Source: Synergistaceae bacterium (GTDB lineage: Bacteria; Synergistota; Synergistia; Synergistales; Aminobacteriaceae). Taken from it: a DNA stretch of 64,000 nucleotides. The DNA lies in the NCBI GenBank assembly GCA_018436595.1, contig JAHDLC010000012.1:26953-90952 (forward strand), read 5' to 3'. The notes beneath the pieces were generated by a model that was given only the letters and a program-made list of their open reading frames with translations, was not told the DNA's origin and searched no databases. Positions 29,907-37,929 of the stretch are shown piece by piece (position 1 is the first letter of the stretch; the number at the start of each line of letters is the position of its first letter). The position numbers and the translations under genes are program-made.

Positions 29907-31166
29907 TCATTCGCCCAGGTACCGGTCAGCGAACGCCCCGGCGGCCTTGAGAAAAGCCTCCGCGGGCATCCGGACAATTCCAGCGCCCACCTGTCCCTTT
30001 CCGGGTTCCCTGTGGGCCGCGCCGGTATCAAGAACGGGAGTCACTCCCGTCTCCGCCACCTTGAGAATGTCGATCCCCGTGGGGGTTCCCCTGAAGTTCA
30101 GGGCGGGGATGGTGAACATGTTGTTTTCGCCCCCCGTGATCTCGTACATTTCGAGGGTGTAGTTGGCCGCGTCCTTCGGCGTTCCGCCGATGAACTGGAC
30201 GATGGCCGGGGCTGCGGCGAGGGCGAATCCTCCCACGCCGTAGGTTTCCATGATGGCGCTGTCACCGATGTCCCGGTTGGTGTCCTCCCTGGTGAAGCCG
30301 GGGAAGAGAAGCACATCGGGGAGGGCCGCCTGACAGGTGAACCAGTCATCTCCGAGGCCGGACACCTTGATGCCGAACTCCGTGCCGTTCCGTGCCATGA
30401 TGGTGACGAGGCTGGAACCCTCCACTCCGTGGGCCGCTTCCGTGGACGCCTTGGCGGCCGCCATGGCGAGATTCAGGAAGAAATGGTCGTTCTTGTCGAT
30501 GAACCGGATGACCTCGGCGAGTTCCGCTGCGTTCTTGCAGGTTTCGACGAGGAAGGGGGCGATGGCCCTCAGGAAGAGGGACGTTCCCGCCTTGTTCCTG
30601 TTGTGGAGCTCGTCTCCCATGTGGAGCGCCTGGGCGACAATGTTTTTCACGTCCACCTCCTGTCCCCGCTCGACGCTGAGCCGGATTCCGGCGTCAAGGA
30701 CAGGGTACAGAACCTTCTCCATCCAGCGGAGCCTCTCGATGACCTCGGGGGCGAAGGCCCCCATGCGGAGCACCTTGCCGAGTCCCTCGTTCATGGTGAC
30801 ATAGGATGTGTTGCCCGCCGTCCTGTTCTCAAGGACGAAGACGGGCATGCTGGGAGAGACGATTCCCGCCATGGGACCCACCGCGTGGTGATGGTGGCAG
30901 GGGTCGAAGGTGATAGCCCCGCCGGCGGCGAGTTTTTCAGCTTCCTCGGGAGTGTCCGCCCACCCTTCGTACATGCATGCGGCCATAACGCCTCCCCGGA
31001 TGGGTCCGGACGCCGTCTCCCACGTAAGAGGAGGTCCGGCGTGGAGAAGCATCCTGTCCTTCATTCCCGGCACGGTATCCTTTGCCTTCCCCATGCCCAC
31101 CAGCAGAGGCTGGGCGGAAAGCAGCCGGGAAAGGGCCTCCCCGTTCGCCTTTTCGATGTCGATCAC
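29907..31166 (-). CDS. DUF1116 protein (YahG/YlbE-AllG-like)
   Basis: LHAGPP, PCHHHHAVGPMAG, MGDELHNRN, NDHFFLN, RNGTEFG, DIGDSAIMETYG.GG, GQVGAG. Confidence 0.88.
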   Translation of the reverse strand: MIDIEKANGEALSRLLSAQPLLVGMGKAKDTVPGMKDRMLLHAGPPLTWETASGPIRGGVMAACMYEGWADTPEEAEKLAAGGAITFDPCHHHHAVGPMAGIVSPSMPVFVLENRTAGNTSYVTMNEGLGKVLRMGAFAPEVIERLRWMEKVLYPVLDAGIRLSVERGQEVDVKNIVAQALHMGDELHNRNKAGTSLFLRAIAPFLVETCKNAAELAEVIRFIDKNDHFFLNLAMAAAKASTEAAHGVEGSSLVTIMARNGTEFGIKVSGLGDDWFTCQAALPDVLLFPGFTREDTNRDIGDSAIMETYGVGGFALAAAPAIVQFIGGTPKDAANYTLEMYEITGGENNMFTIPALNFRGTPTGIDILKVAETGVTPVLDTGAAHREPGKGQVGAGIVRMPAEAFLKAAGAFADRYLGE

Positions 31167-31168
31167 TG

Positions 31169-31351
31169 TCAGTTTCCTCCCTTCCTGAGCTTTTTCAGCC
31201 GGGCGAGGAGATCCCCGCCCGCAGCGGAGGGCTTCCAGTCCATGGAGACCGCCTCCGCCTTCTGGGTCTTCAGATCGGCGTAAAACTGTTCCACGCCGAT
31301 ATTCACAACCTTGGGTCCTTCCTTGAGCAGTTTCGTCACGGACATGGTCAT
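31169..31351 (-). CDS. Small FdrA/YahG-associated protein (60 aa)
   Basis: KVVNIGVEQFYADLKTQ..DWKP motif; overlaps the fdrA stop (ATGA); GGAGGG RBS. Confidence 0.7.
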   Translation of the reverse strand: MTMSVTKLLKEGPKVVNIGVEQFYADLKTQKAEAVSMDWKPSAAGGDLLARLKKLRKGGN

Positions 31352-32907
31352 CCCTCCAGGATCATGGCCGCCAGGCGGGCCGCCCGGGCGTTGCTTTCGC
31401 AGACATGCACGCCCAGCTCCTCGAGAATACGGCGCTGCTCCGACGCATTCTGGGGATCTGTATCCACGCCGCAGATGGACGCCACGAAGGCTATCCGATC
31501 GCCGGCGGCGGACCGGGCCTTGCGGATCCCTTCAGCGAGCCCCGCGGCGGGATCGTCGTTGCACCCGTAGCCGAGGACCACGTCGAAGAGGATCACTCCC
31601 ACTTCGGGGTCCTTTGCCTCCTCGTAGATCCGCTCCGCCCGCAGGGAGACGTCGATCATGGGATGGAGCCGCCCCTGGGTGAATTCGTCCTCGCCGTAAT
31701 CCACCATGGAATGCTGTTCGCTCCTCAGGCTGTCTTCGAGCTTCATCTCTTTTTCCAGTGGGGTGTTGCTCCGGATGGGACCAAGGATGTCCCGGGCGAT
31801 GAGCTGTCCCTCGTAGCACAGTGTCCCGCCGGAATAGAGCCCCCGGAGGAATCCCTTCCGCCTCCCGATGGTTTCGGCCCTCTGCCGGAGCGACTCATAG
31901 TCCCGAAAGAGGTTCTCCCTCGCGCGGGCCCCGTCCTCGCCTTTTGCAAGAGCGGCGGCCACGGCGGCGGTTTCCTCGAGCTCCCGGCAGATGAACACGC
32001 CGTCGGAATCACCCTTCGCCTCGCCTCCGATGAAGCCGAGAACGGCAGGCTTCTTCCCCGCCTTCACAGTCTGGAGGATCTTCTGCTCCACTTCCGGTGC
32101 GGGAGGCTTGCCGAGGACGGTAAGCACCTCCACCTCGTCGTCGGCGAGAAGGGCGTTCACCGCCTGGAGACACATGATGCCCCCCACCTCGCGGCGGACG
32201 TCCCTGCCTCCCGTCCCGATACCGTGGAGGACGCCCACTCCCCGCCTTGCGAGCTGGACGTGAACCTCCTGGAGCCCGGTTCCTGCAGCCGCGACGATGC
32301 TCACGGGTCCCGGAGGGCAGGCGTTCGCCATGCCCAGAGCCACGCCCCGGACGATGATGGTGCCGCAGTCGGGGCCCATGACGAGCAGCCCTTTTTCGGC
32401 GGCAGCCTTCTTTATCTCCACTTCCTTCTCCACCGGCACGTTGTCGGAGTAGAGCATGACGTTGAGTCCCTTCCCGATGCAATCCATGGCGACGTCGCCG
32501 GCGTATTTTCCCGCCACGGAGATCAGGGCGAGGTTCGCGTCGGGGAGGATCGAGAGCGCTCCGTCAAGGCTCTTGGGACGGTAGTCGCCCCCTGAATCCG
32601 CTTTTCTCCCGGGGGGATTGGCGAGGTATTCCTTCGCTTTTTCAAGGGCTCCTTCCAGGAGAGCCTCCCTTTCCCCTTCAGGGGCATCGGTCTTAACGGC
32701 AATGATGAGGTCGTTGGGGGTGGCGTCCACCCCGCCGAGGTCGAAACCTCCCGAGCCCATGATCTTGTAGTTCGCCTCGGTTCCCATGCTCAGCGAGGCC
32801 ACGGACACTCCTTCAGTCTTGAGAAGCTCCTTCGCCACAAGCATGAGGGTGACGCTGTCATAATAGGTCCTTCGGATAATTTGAATCCGCTGATTCGAAG
32901 AGGGCAC
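31348..32907 (-). CDS. fdrA: Acyl-CoA synthetase-like FdrA (YahF/AllF family)
   Basis: YYDSVTLM, GTEAN, ANLALISVAG, YSDNV, MGPDCGT, GTGGRD, GLYSGGTL, DEFTQGRLHPMID. Confidence 0.92.
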   Translation of the reverse strand: MPSSNQRIQIIRRTYYDSVTLMLVAKELLKTEGVSVASLSMGTEANYKIMGSGGFDLGGVDATPNDLIIAVKTDAPEGEREALLEGALEKAKEYLANPPGRKADSGGDYRPKSLDGALSILPDANLALISVAGKYAGDVAMDCIGKGLNVMLYSDNVPVEKEVEIKKAAAEKGLLVMGPDCGTIIVRGVALGMANACPPGPVSIVAAAGTGLQEVHVQLARRGVGVLHGIGTGGRDVRREVGGIMCLQAVNALLADDEVEVLTVLGKPPAPEVEQKILQTVKAGKKPAVLGFIGGEAKGDSDGVFICRELEETAAVAAALAKGEDGARARENLFRDYESLRQRAETIGRRKGFLRGLYSGGTLCYEGQLIARDILGPIRSNTPLEKEMKLEDSLRSEQHSMVDYGEDEFTQGRLHPMIDVSLRAERIYEEAKDPEVGVILFDVVLGYGCNDDPAAGLAEGIRKARSAAGDRIAFVASICGVDTDPQNASEQRRILEELGVHVCESNARAARLAAMILEG

Positions 32908-32927
32908 GGTTCCTCCTCCTTTCCCGC

Positions 32928-33620
32928 TTATCCGGTCCGCTCCCCGCAGAGGGCTTCCGAAAGCCCTGCAAGCCAGGCCCGGCCGGAGGTATGACCCCAG
33001 TCCGCAATACTCCCGGCACTTCCCGTTACTGCCACCGGATCCTCCGATGCAAGAGCGCCGAGAAGCCGCTTTGCCCGAAACCAGATTCCGCCTGCGAGGG
33101 TGTCCCGGAGCATTTCTTCAGAAAGCCAGGTCGTTTGGCCGGGAACAGGATGAAAAGGAACGGCTTTTCCCTGCCAGATCATCCCCGAGGCAAGGCCGGA
33201 GAGAAAGTCGTCCCCGGCGGGGGTGCTGCCCGGCCCGCGGCCGATGAGTTCATCCCAGGTCCGCCGGATGACCGGCTCCTGCAAATCCTCGAGCTCATCG
33301 GCAAGAAAATCCCGCCACTCGCCCACGAGCCCCCTCCAGCGCGGGTTCATCTTTCCCGCCGGAAGGGCGGGATCGTAGATCACCTGAACGCCCTCGGGAA
33401 CGACAATAACGTTTTCCCCTCCACGGAAATTGGGGAGCGTTTTCACGAGAAAGGTTCTCGGCCCCATGTCCTCTGCCGAGGTCACGAGGGACCATCGTCT
33501 CAGGCCTTCTTTTTCCTCGAGATTGACTGTTCTTCTATAAATTTCCCGGACGGAGAGAGAGACCGGTTCTTCGCCGGTATCGGCACTCCGTCCGGAGACG
33601 GGGATTGCAATTCCGATCAG
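32928..33620 (-). CDS. DUF2877 protein (YahE/YlbF-AllH-like); start uncertain
   Basis: IGRGPGSTPAGDDFLSG and GHTSG motifs; no canonical start codon upstream of the conserved-looking N-terminal segment. Confidence 0.75.
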   Translation of the reverse strand: MIGIAIPVSGRSADTGEEPVSLSVREIYRRTVNLEEKEGLRRWSLVTSAEDMGPRTFLVKTLPNFRGGENVIVVPEGVQVIYDPALPAGKMNPRWRGLVGEWRDFLADELEDLQEPVIRRTWDELIGRGPGSTPAGDDFLSGLASGMIWQGKAVPFHPVPGQTTWLSEEMLRDTLAGGIWFRAKRLLGALASEDPVAVTGSAGSIADWGHTSGRAWLAGLSEALCGERTG

Positions 33621-34801
33621 ACGACGCCGTCCTTCTTGAGGGCCTCGAATTCCTCGGCGCCGAGACCGAGGAAGGAGGTGAGCACCTCTTCGGTATGCTG
33701 GCCGAGAAGGGGGGCGGGTTCCTTTACCTCCGCCGGCGTGTCGGAAAACTTCACAGGAACGCCGGGAATCTTCATGGCTCCCGCCACGGGGTGAACCACG
33801 TCCACGATCATCTTTCGGGCGAGCACCTGGGGATCGTGCACCACGTGGGCCATGTCGTTGATGGGCCCGCTGGGGACATTCACCTTCTCGAACTCGCCAA
33901 GCCAGTGCTCCGAGGTATTCTTCATGGTCCTCTCTTCGAGGATTTCCTTCAGGGCGTGGAAATGCTCCACCCTGGCGGGGTTGTCGGCAAAGCGGGGATC
34001 GTTCACATATTCTTCCATGCCGAGCACGGCGCACATTCTCTTCCAGATTTCATCGTTCCCCACGGCGATGTTCATGGCACCGTCCGACGTCGCGAGGGTG
34101 GTGAAAGGGGAGATGGAGGGATGGCGGTTGCCGATGGGGTGGGGGATCTCTCCGCTGACCAGGTACCTGGAGACGGCGTTCTCGAGGACGGCCACCATGC
34201 AGTCGAGCATGGCTACATCCACGAGCTGGCCCCTGCCGGTACGGATCCTGGCGTTCACGGCGGATAGAACGCCGATGACGGTGAACAGTCCGGCGAAGAT
34301 ATCCGCCACGGAGCTTCCCACTTTCGTGGGGCTGTGCTCGTCCGGTCCGGTGACGCTCATCATGCCGCCCATGCCCTGGATGATGAGGTCATAGGCGGGG
34401 CGGGAACTGTAGGGTCCCGTCTGGCCGAAGCCCGAGCTTGCGGCGTAGATGAGCCGGGGATTGACCTTCCTGAGATCTTCGTATCCGACGCCGAGTTTGT
34501 CCATGGTTCCCGGCTTGAAGTTTTCTATGAGGATGTCGCTTTTTTTCGCAAGGTCCTTCAGGATCTCCTTGCCCCTGGGGTGTTTCAGGTTCAGCGTAAC
34601 GCTTCTCTTGCCCCGGTTGAGGCTCATGAAATAGGCGCTCTCGCCCTTCTGGAAGGGAGGATAGGCCCGGGTATCGTCCCCTCCGTCGGGACGTTCGATC
34701 TTGATCACTTCCGCCCCCAGGTCGGCGAACATCATGGCGGCAAAGGGGCCCGCAAGAACGCGGGTCATGTCCAGTACAACAAGTCCTTCCAACGGTTTCA
34801 T
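33617..34801 (-). CDS. Family III CoA-transferase (CaiB/BaiF/Frc-like)
   Basis: LAGP, DLGAEVIKIE..GDDTR, NRGKRS, ENFKPG, GFGQTGP, DVAMLD (catalytic Asp), APLLGQHT. Confidence 0.93.
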   Translation of the reverse strand: MKPLEGLVVLDMTRVLAGPFAAMMFADLGAEVIKIERPDGGDDTRAYPPFQKGESAYFMSLNRGKRSVTLNLKHPRGKEILKDLAKKSDILIENFKPGTMDKLGVGYEDLRKVNPRLIYAASSGFGQTGPYSSRPAYDLIIQGMGGMMSVTGPDEHSPTKVGSSVADIFAGLFTVIGVLSAVNARIRTGRGQLVDVAMLDCMVAVLENAVSRYLVSGEIPHPIGNRHPSISPFTTLATSDGAMNIAVGNDEIWKRMCAVLGMEEYVNDPRFADNPARVEHFHALKEILEERTMKNTSEHWLGEFEKVNVPSGPINDMAHVVHDPQVLARKMIVDVVHPVAGAMKIPGVPVKFSDTPAEVKEPAPLLGQHTEEVLTSFLGLGAEEFEALKKDGVV

Positions 34802-35146
34802 AGGGCAAACACCTCCAAAATTCTAGCTGCGGCGCACATGGTTCCAGCCCGCTCTCCTCACTGCTCCCCGGCCCCGTCAAATGTAAGTTTGTGACAAGAT
34901 GACGGGAACCGCACGCCTCTCTCGAAATGTCATCGCTATCCAGCTTCGGCGCGGACCGGGGTGGAATCCCCCGGGTGCCGGGAAAAACGCGAAATGGCAC
35001 AAATTCATGTTTTACATAGAGTTTATTTTATCATACACTATGTTTGGTCCCAAGGAATTACAATGTCAACACATAACATAAATGCTCTTCCATTCCCGCA
35101 CTCCGTGACACCTGCCGGGAGGAGGATGCACACAAAAAAAAGAGGT

Positions 35147-36712
35147 ATGTCCTGCATGATCGTCGCCGATCTTCTGAAAAAGAACCTTTTTCCGGACTTC
35201 CAGATTCTTGCCGGCAGCGGCGGCATGGGCCGCGAGATCAGCGCCGTCTCAGTCCTTGAGGCTCCCGATGCGGACCACTGGATGCGCGGCGGCGAGTTTC
35301 TCGTGGGAAGCGGTTTTGTTTTCAGGGACGACCCCGAGCAGCTCACTCCCCTCATCAGGAGAATGAACGGCAAGGGAATCGCGGCGGTGGGCTTCAAGCT
35401 CGACCGCTTCCACCACAAGCTGCCGGAAAGCATGACCGAGGAGGCGGACATCCTCCAGCTCCCCATCCTGGAGATACCTATGCACTACCGCTGGACGGAC
35501 ATCATCGACGTGATCCACACTCACCTGGTCCAGGAGCGGAACAGGGACCGTCCCGACGACCTGAGCGCCTTCTGGGAGGAAGGGCTCGACTTCCGGAAGC
35601 TCATGTCCGGCTTCGCCCAGAATCTCAGGAGAGACCTCCTGGTTCAGGCCCCCCAGCTTGATCTCAACAACCTTTTTCTCGCCGACGGTTCCATCCTCGG
35701 CGGAGAAGACGTGCAGAAATGCCTGGATCTTCCTGTGGTGCAGGAGACCGCCCTTCCCAAAAAAGGGCAGGTCCATTCCTGCGTGGAGGTCCGGAACAGC
35801 GGGCAGGTCCAGCGGTTCGCCGCCTACCGGCTGCGGCTCGACACCCCCATCTCCATCTTCGTGGTCCTCTCCCCGGGTGAACTCTCCCCGTCGGCCCGGC
35901 AGGAGCGCATGGTGCTGAGAGCCCTGACCATGCTCAGGGCGTCGGCCCTCGAGATCGCCATCGTGTCCAGCAAGAAAGTGATGAAGAAGGAGCGGTTCCT
36001 GGAGGGGCTGTGCTTCGGCCTCTACTGCGATCCCTCCATGATCCGGATCAATCTCAGGGAGCTGGGAATTCCCCTCTCCCTTCCGGCGTCAGTTCTCATC
36101 GCCTCCACCGCCGACAGACTTTCCACGCCCCGCTGGACATCACCGTCAGGACTGAGCTACAGGCTCGGCAACACATGGGTCACCCTTATCCCCTCTTCCA
36201 CCATCGAGGACCTGAAGAACGCCCTCCAAAAGGAAGGGCATGCCCTGGGGTTTCATTTTTCTTTCGGCTCTCCCGCCGCGGACCTCATGGAAATTTCCCG
36301 GTCTTACCAGGAGGCCCGGAGAACCTTTTCCCTGCTTCGGGATTTCTCCCTTCCCCCCGGGGTCTACTTTTACGAGGAACTCTCCCTGTACGGCCTCCTG
36401 CAGAGCATGTCGAAGCTGCCCGAGGCACGGGATGTCTGGGAGAGATTCTGGGAACCCCTGGAAAAAGACTCAAACCAGGCCCGGCGGAGCCTGCCCCTGA
36501 AGGAGCTTGCTTCCATGCTCGTGGCCAGGGATTTCAACGCCAAGTCATGCGCCGACGGGCTCCACCTCCATTACAACACCGTGAGGAACTACCTCAGGGA
36601 GATCGAGACGGTGCTGAAAGTGGACCTCAGCAATCCCCACCATCGTCTCGGCATCACCCTGGGCTGCCACATCAACGGAAGCATCGCCGGGCAACGCTCC
36701 TCCCTGGGGTAA
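35147..36712 (+). CDS. PucR family transcriptional regulator
   Basis: N-terminal PucR ligand domain (LAG..G..REI..VSVLEAPD..WMRGGE) and C-terminal HTH (LHLHYNTVRNYL); divergent from the heterocycle operon. Confidence 0.9.
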   Translation: MSCMIVADLLKKNLFPDFQILAGSGGMGREISAVSVLEAPDADHWMRGGEFLVGSGFVFRDDPEQLTPLIRRMNGKGIAAVGFKLDRFHHKLPESMTEEADILQLPILEIPMHYRWTDIIDVIHTHLVQERNRDRPDDLSAFWEEGLDFRKLMSGFAQNLRRDLLVQAPQLDLNNLFLADGSILGGEDVQKCLDLPVVQETALPKKGQVHSCVEVRNSGQVQRFAAYRLRLDTPISIFVVLSPGELSPSARQERMVLRALTMLRASALEIAIVSSKKVMKKERFLEGLCFGLYCDPSMIRINLRELGIPLSLPASVLIASTADRLSTPRWTSPSGLSYRLGNTWVTLIPSSTIEDLKNALQKEGHALGFHFSFGSPAADLMEISRSYQEARRTFSLLRDFSLPPGVYFYEELSLYGLLQSMSKLPEARDVWERFWEPLEKDSNQARRSLPLKELASMLVARDFNAKSCADGLHLHYNTVRNYLREIETVLKVDLSNPHHRLGITLGCHINGSIAGQRSSLG

Positions 36713-36851
36713 GCGGCTTCCCGGCGTCGCCGGACATCAAGGCTCCATTCCCGTTTCCGGAAAACAGGAGGGACGAATATTCCCGGAGACCGAAATGTGT
36801 TACAATTGCATCAGTACCGCATACGACTCATTTTCAGGAGGGATTCCGGAC

Positions 36852-37862
36852 ATGAAAAAACACGGCAGACTGTTGACGGTTCTCGCGGGGGCGCTTCTCG
36901 TCCTGTCGCTTCTTTCCGGGGCGGCGGCGTCGAAGGAGCTGGTGGTCTACTCCAGCGTGGACGAGGAGAACGCGAAGAACATCCTCGACGAATTCTCCAA
37001 GGCCACCGGCATCCGGGTGAACATGGTCTTCCTCTCTTCCGGCCCGGCCATGAGCCGCATCGAGGCTGAAAAGGGGAACCCCCAGGCTGACGTGTGGTTC
37101 GGCGCCCCCAGCGAAAACCACATCGTGGCGAAAAACCGGGGCCTGACCCAGCCGTACCTTCCCCCGTCCGCCGCTGACCTGGCGGCGGGTTTCAAGGATC
37201 CCGAGGGCTGCTGGGTCGCCTTTTACATGAACCCCCTCGGCTTCGGCGTCCTGGCCGAGGAGCTGAAGAAAGACGGCAAGCCCGTGCCGGCATCATGGAA
37301 GGACCTTCTCGACCCGGCATACAAGGGCATGATCCAGATGCCCTCCCCCCAGTCCTCGGGCACGGCTTACGCCATGATCATGACTCTCGTCGAAACCTAC
37401 GGCGAGGACGAGGCCTTCAAGTACATGAAAGCCCTCAACCCCAACATCCAGACCTACACCCAGAGCGGCACGGGACCGAGCAAGAACCTGGCCATCGGGG
37501 AGACCCAGATCGCCATTCAGTTCACACCGGCCTTTCTGAAGCTCGTTGACGAGGGCTTCCCCGCCTCGGTCATCTTCCCGGCCGAGGGTGTGGGCTTCGA
37601 GGCCGCCGCCATGTCCATCCTCAAGGGAGCGAAAAACATCGACTCCGCCAAGGCCCTCGCCGACTGGATCGTGTCAGTGGACGGCCAAAAGGTGCTGAGC
37701 GCGAAGAAGACCTACTTCTTCCCCGTCCGCTCCGACGTCTCCGCAGGGAAAGGGCTGCCTCCCCTTTCGGAGATCAAGCTCATCGACTACGACCGCATCA
37801 GGGCGGCCCAGGAGAAAAAGCGCATCATCGACCGCTGGGTGACCGAGGTCCTGGGACAGTAG
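36852..37862 (+). CDS. ABC transporter substrate-binding protein (AfuA/FbpA/thiamine-like)
   Basis: Signal peptide, ADVWFG, SW.DLLDP.YKG, PQSSGTAY, FPAEG. Confidence 0.85.
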   Translation: MKKHGRLLTVLAGALLVLSLLSGAAASKELVVYSSVDEENAKNILDEFSKATGIRVNMVFLSSGPAMSRIEAEKGNPQADVWFGAPSENHIVAKNRGLTQPYLPPSAADLAAGFKDPEGCWVAFYMNPLGFGVLAEELKKDGKPVPASWKDLLDPAYKGMIQMPSPQSSGTAYAMIMTLVETYGEDEAFKYMKALNPNIQTYTQSGTGPSKNLAIGETQIAIQFTPAFLKLVDEGFPASVIFPAEGVGFEAAAMSILKGAKNIDSAKALADWIVSVDGQKVLSAKKTYFFPVRSDVSAGKGLPPLSEIKLIDYDRIRAAQEKKRIIDRWVTEVLGQ

Positions 37863-37884
37863 GAACTCCCGGAAGACAGACAGC

Positions 37885-37918
37885 GCGGGGGGAAGGTCTG
37901 CGCCTTCCCCCCGCTTTT
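37885..37918 (+). terminator. Hairpin/attenuating terminator after SBP gene
   Basis: GCGGGGGGAAGG-TCTGCG-CCTTCCCCCCGC-TTTT. Confidence 0.7.
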
Positions 37919-37929
37919 CAGGAGGCGTC

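Noticed and set aside
34995-35010. TGGCAC as a sigma54 -24 element (also at about 50231)
   Set aside because: No TTGC -12 element at the required 5-nt spacing
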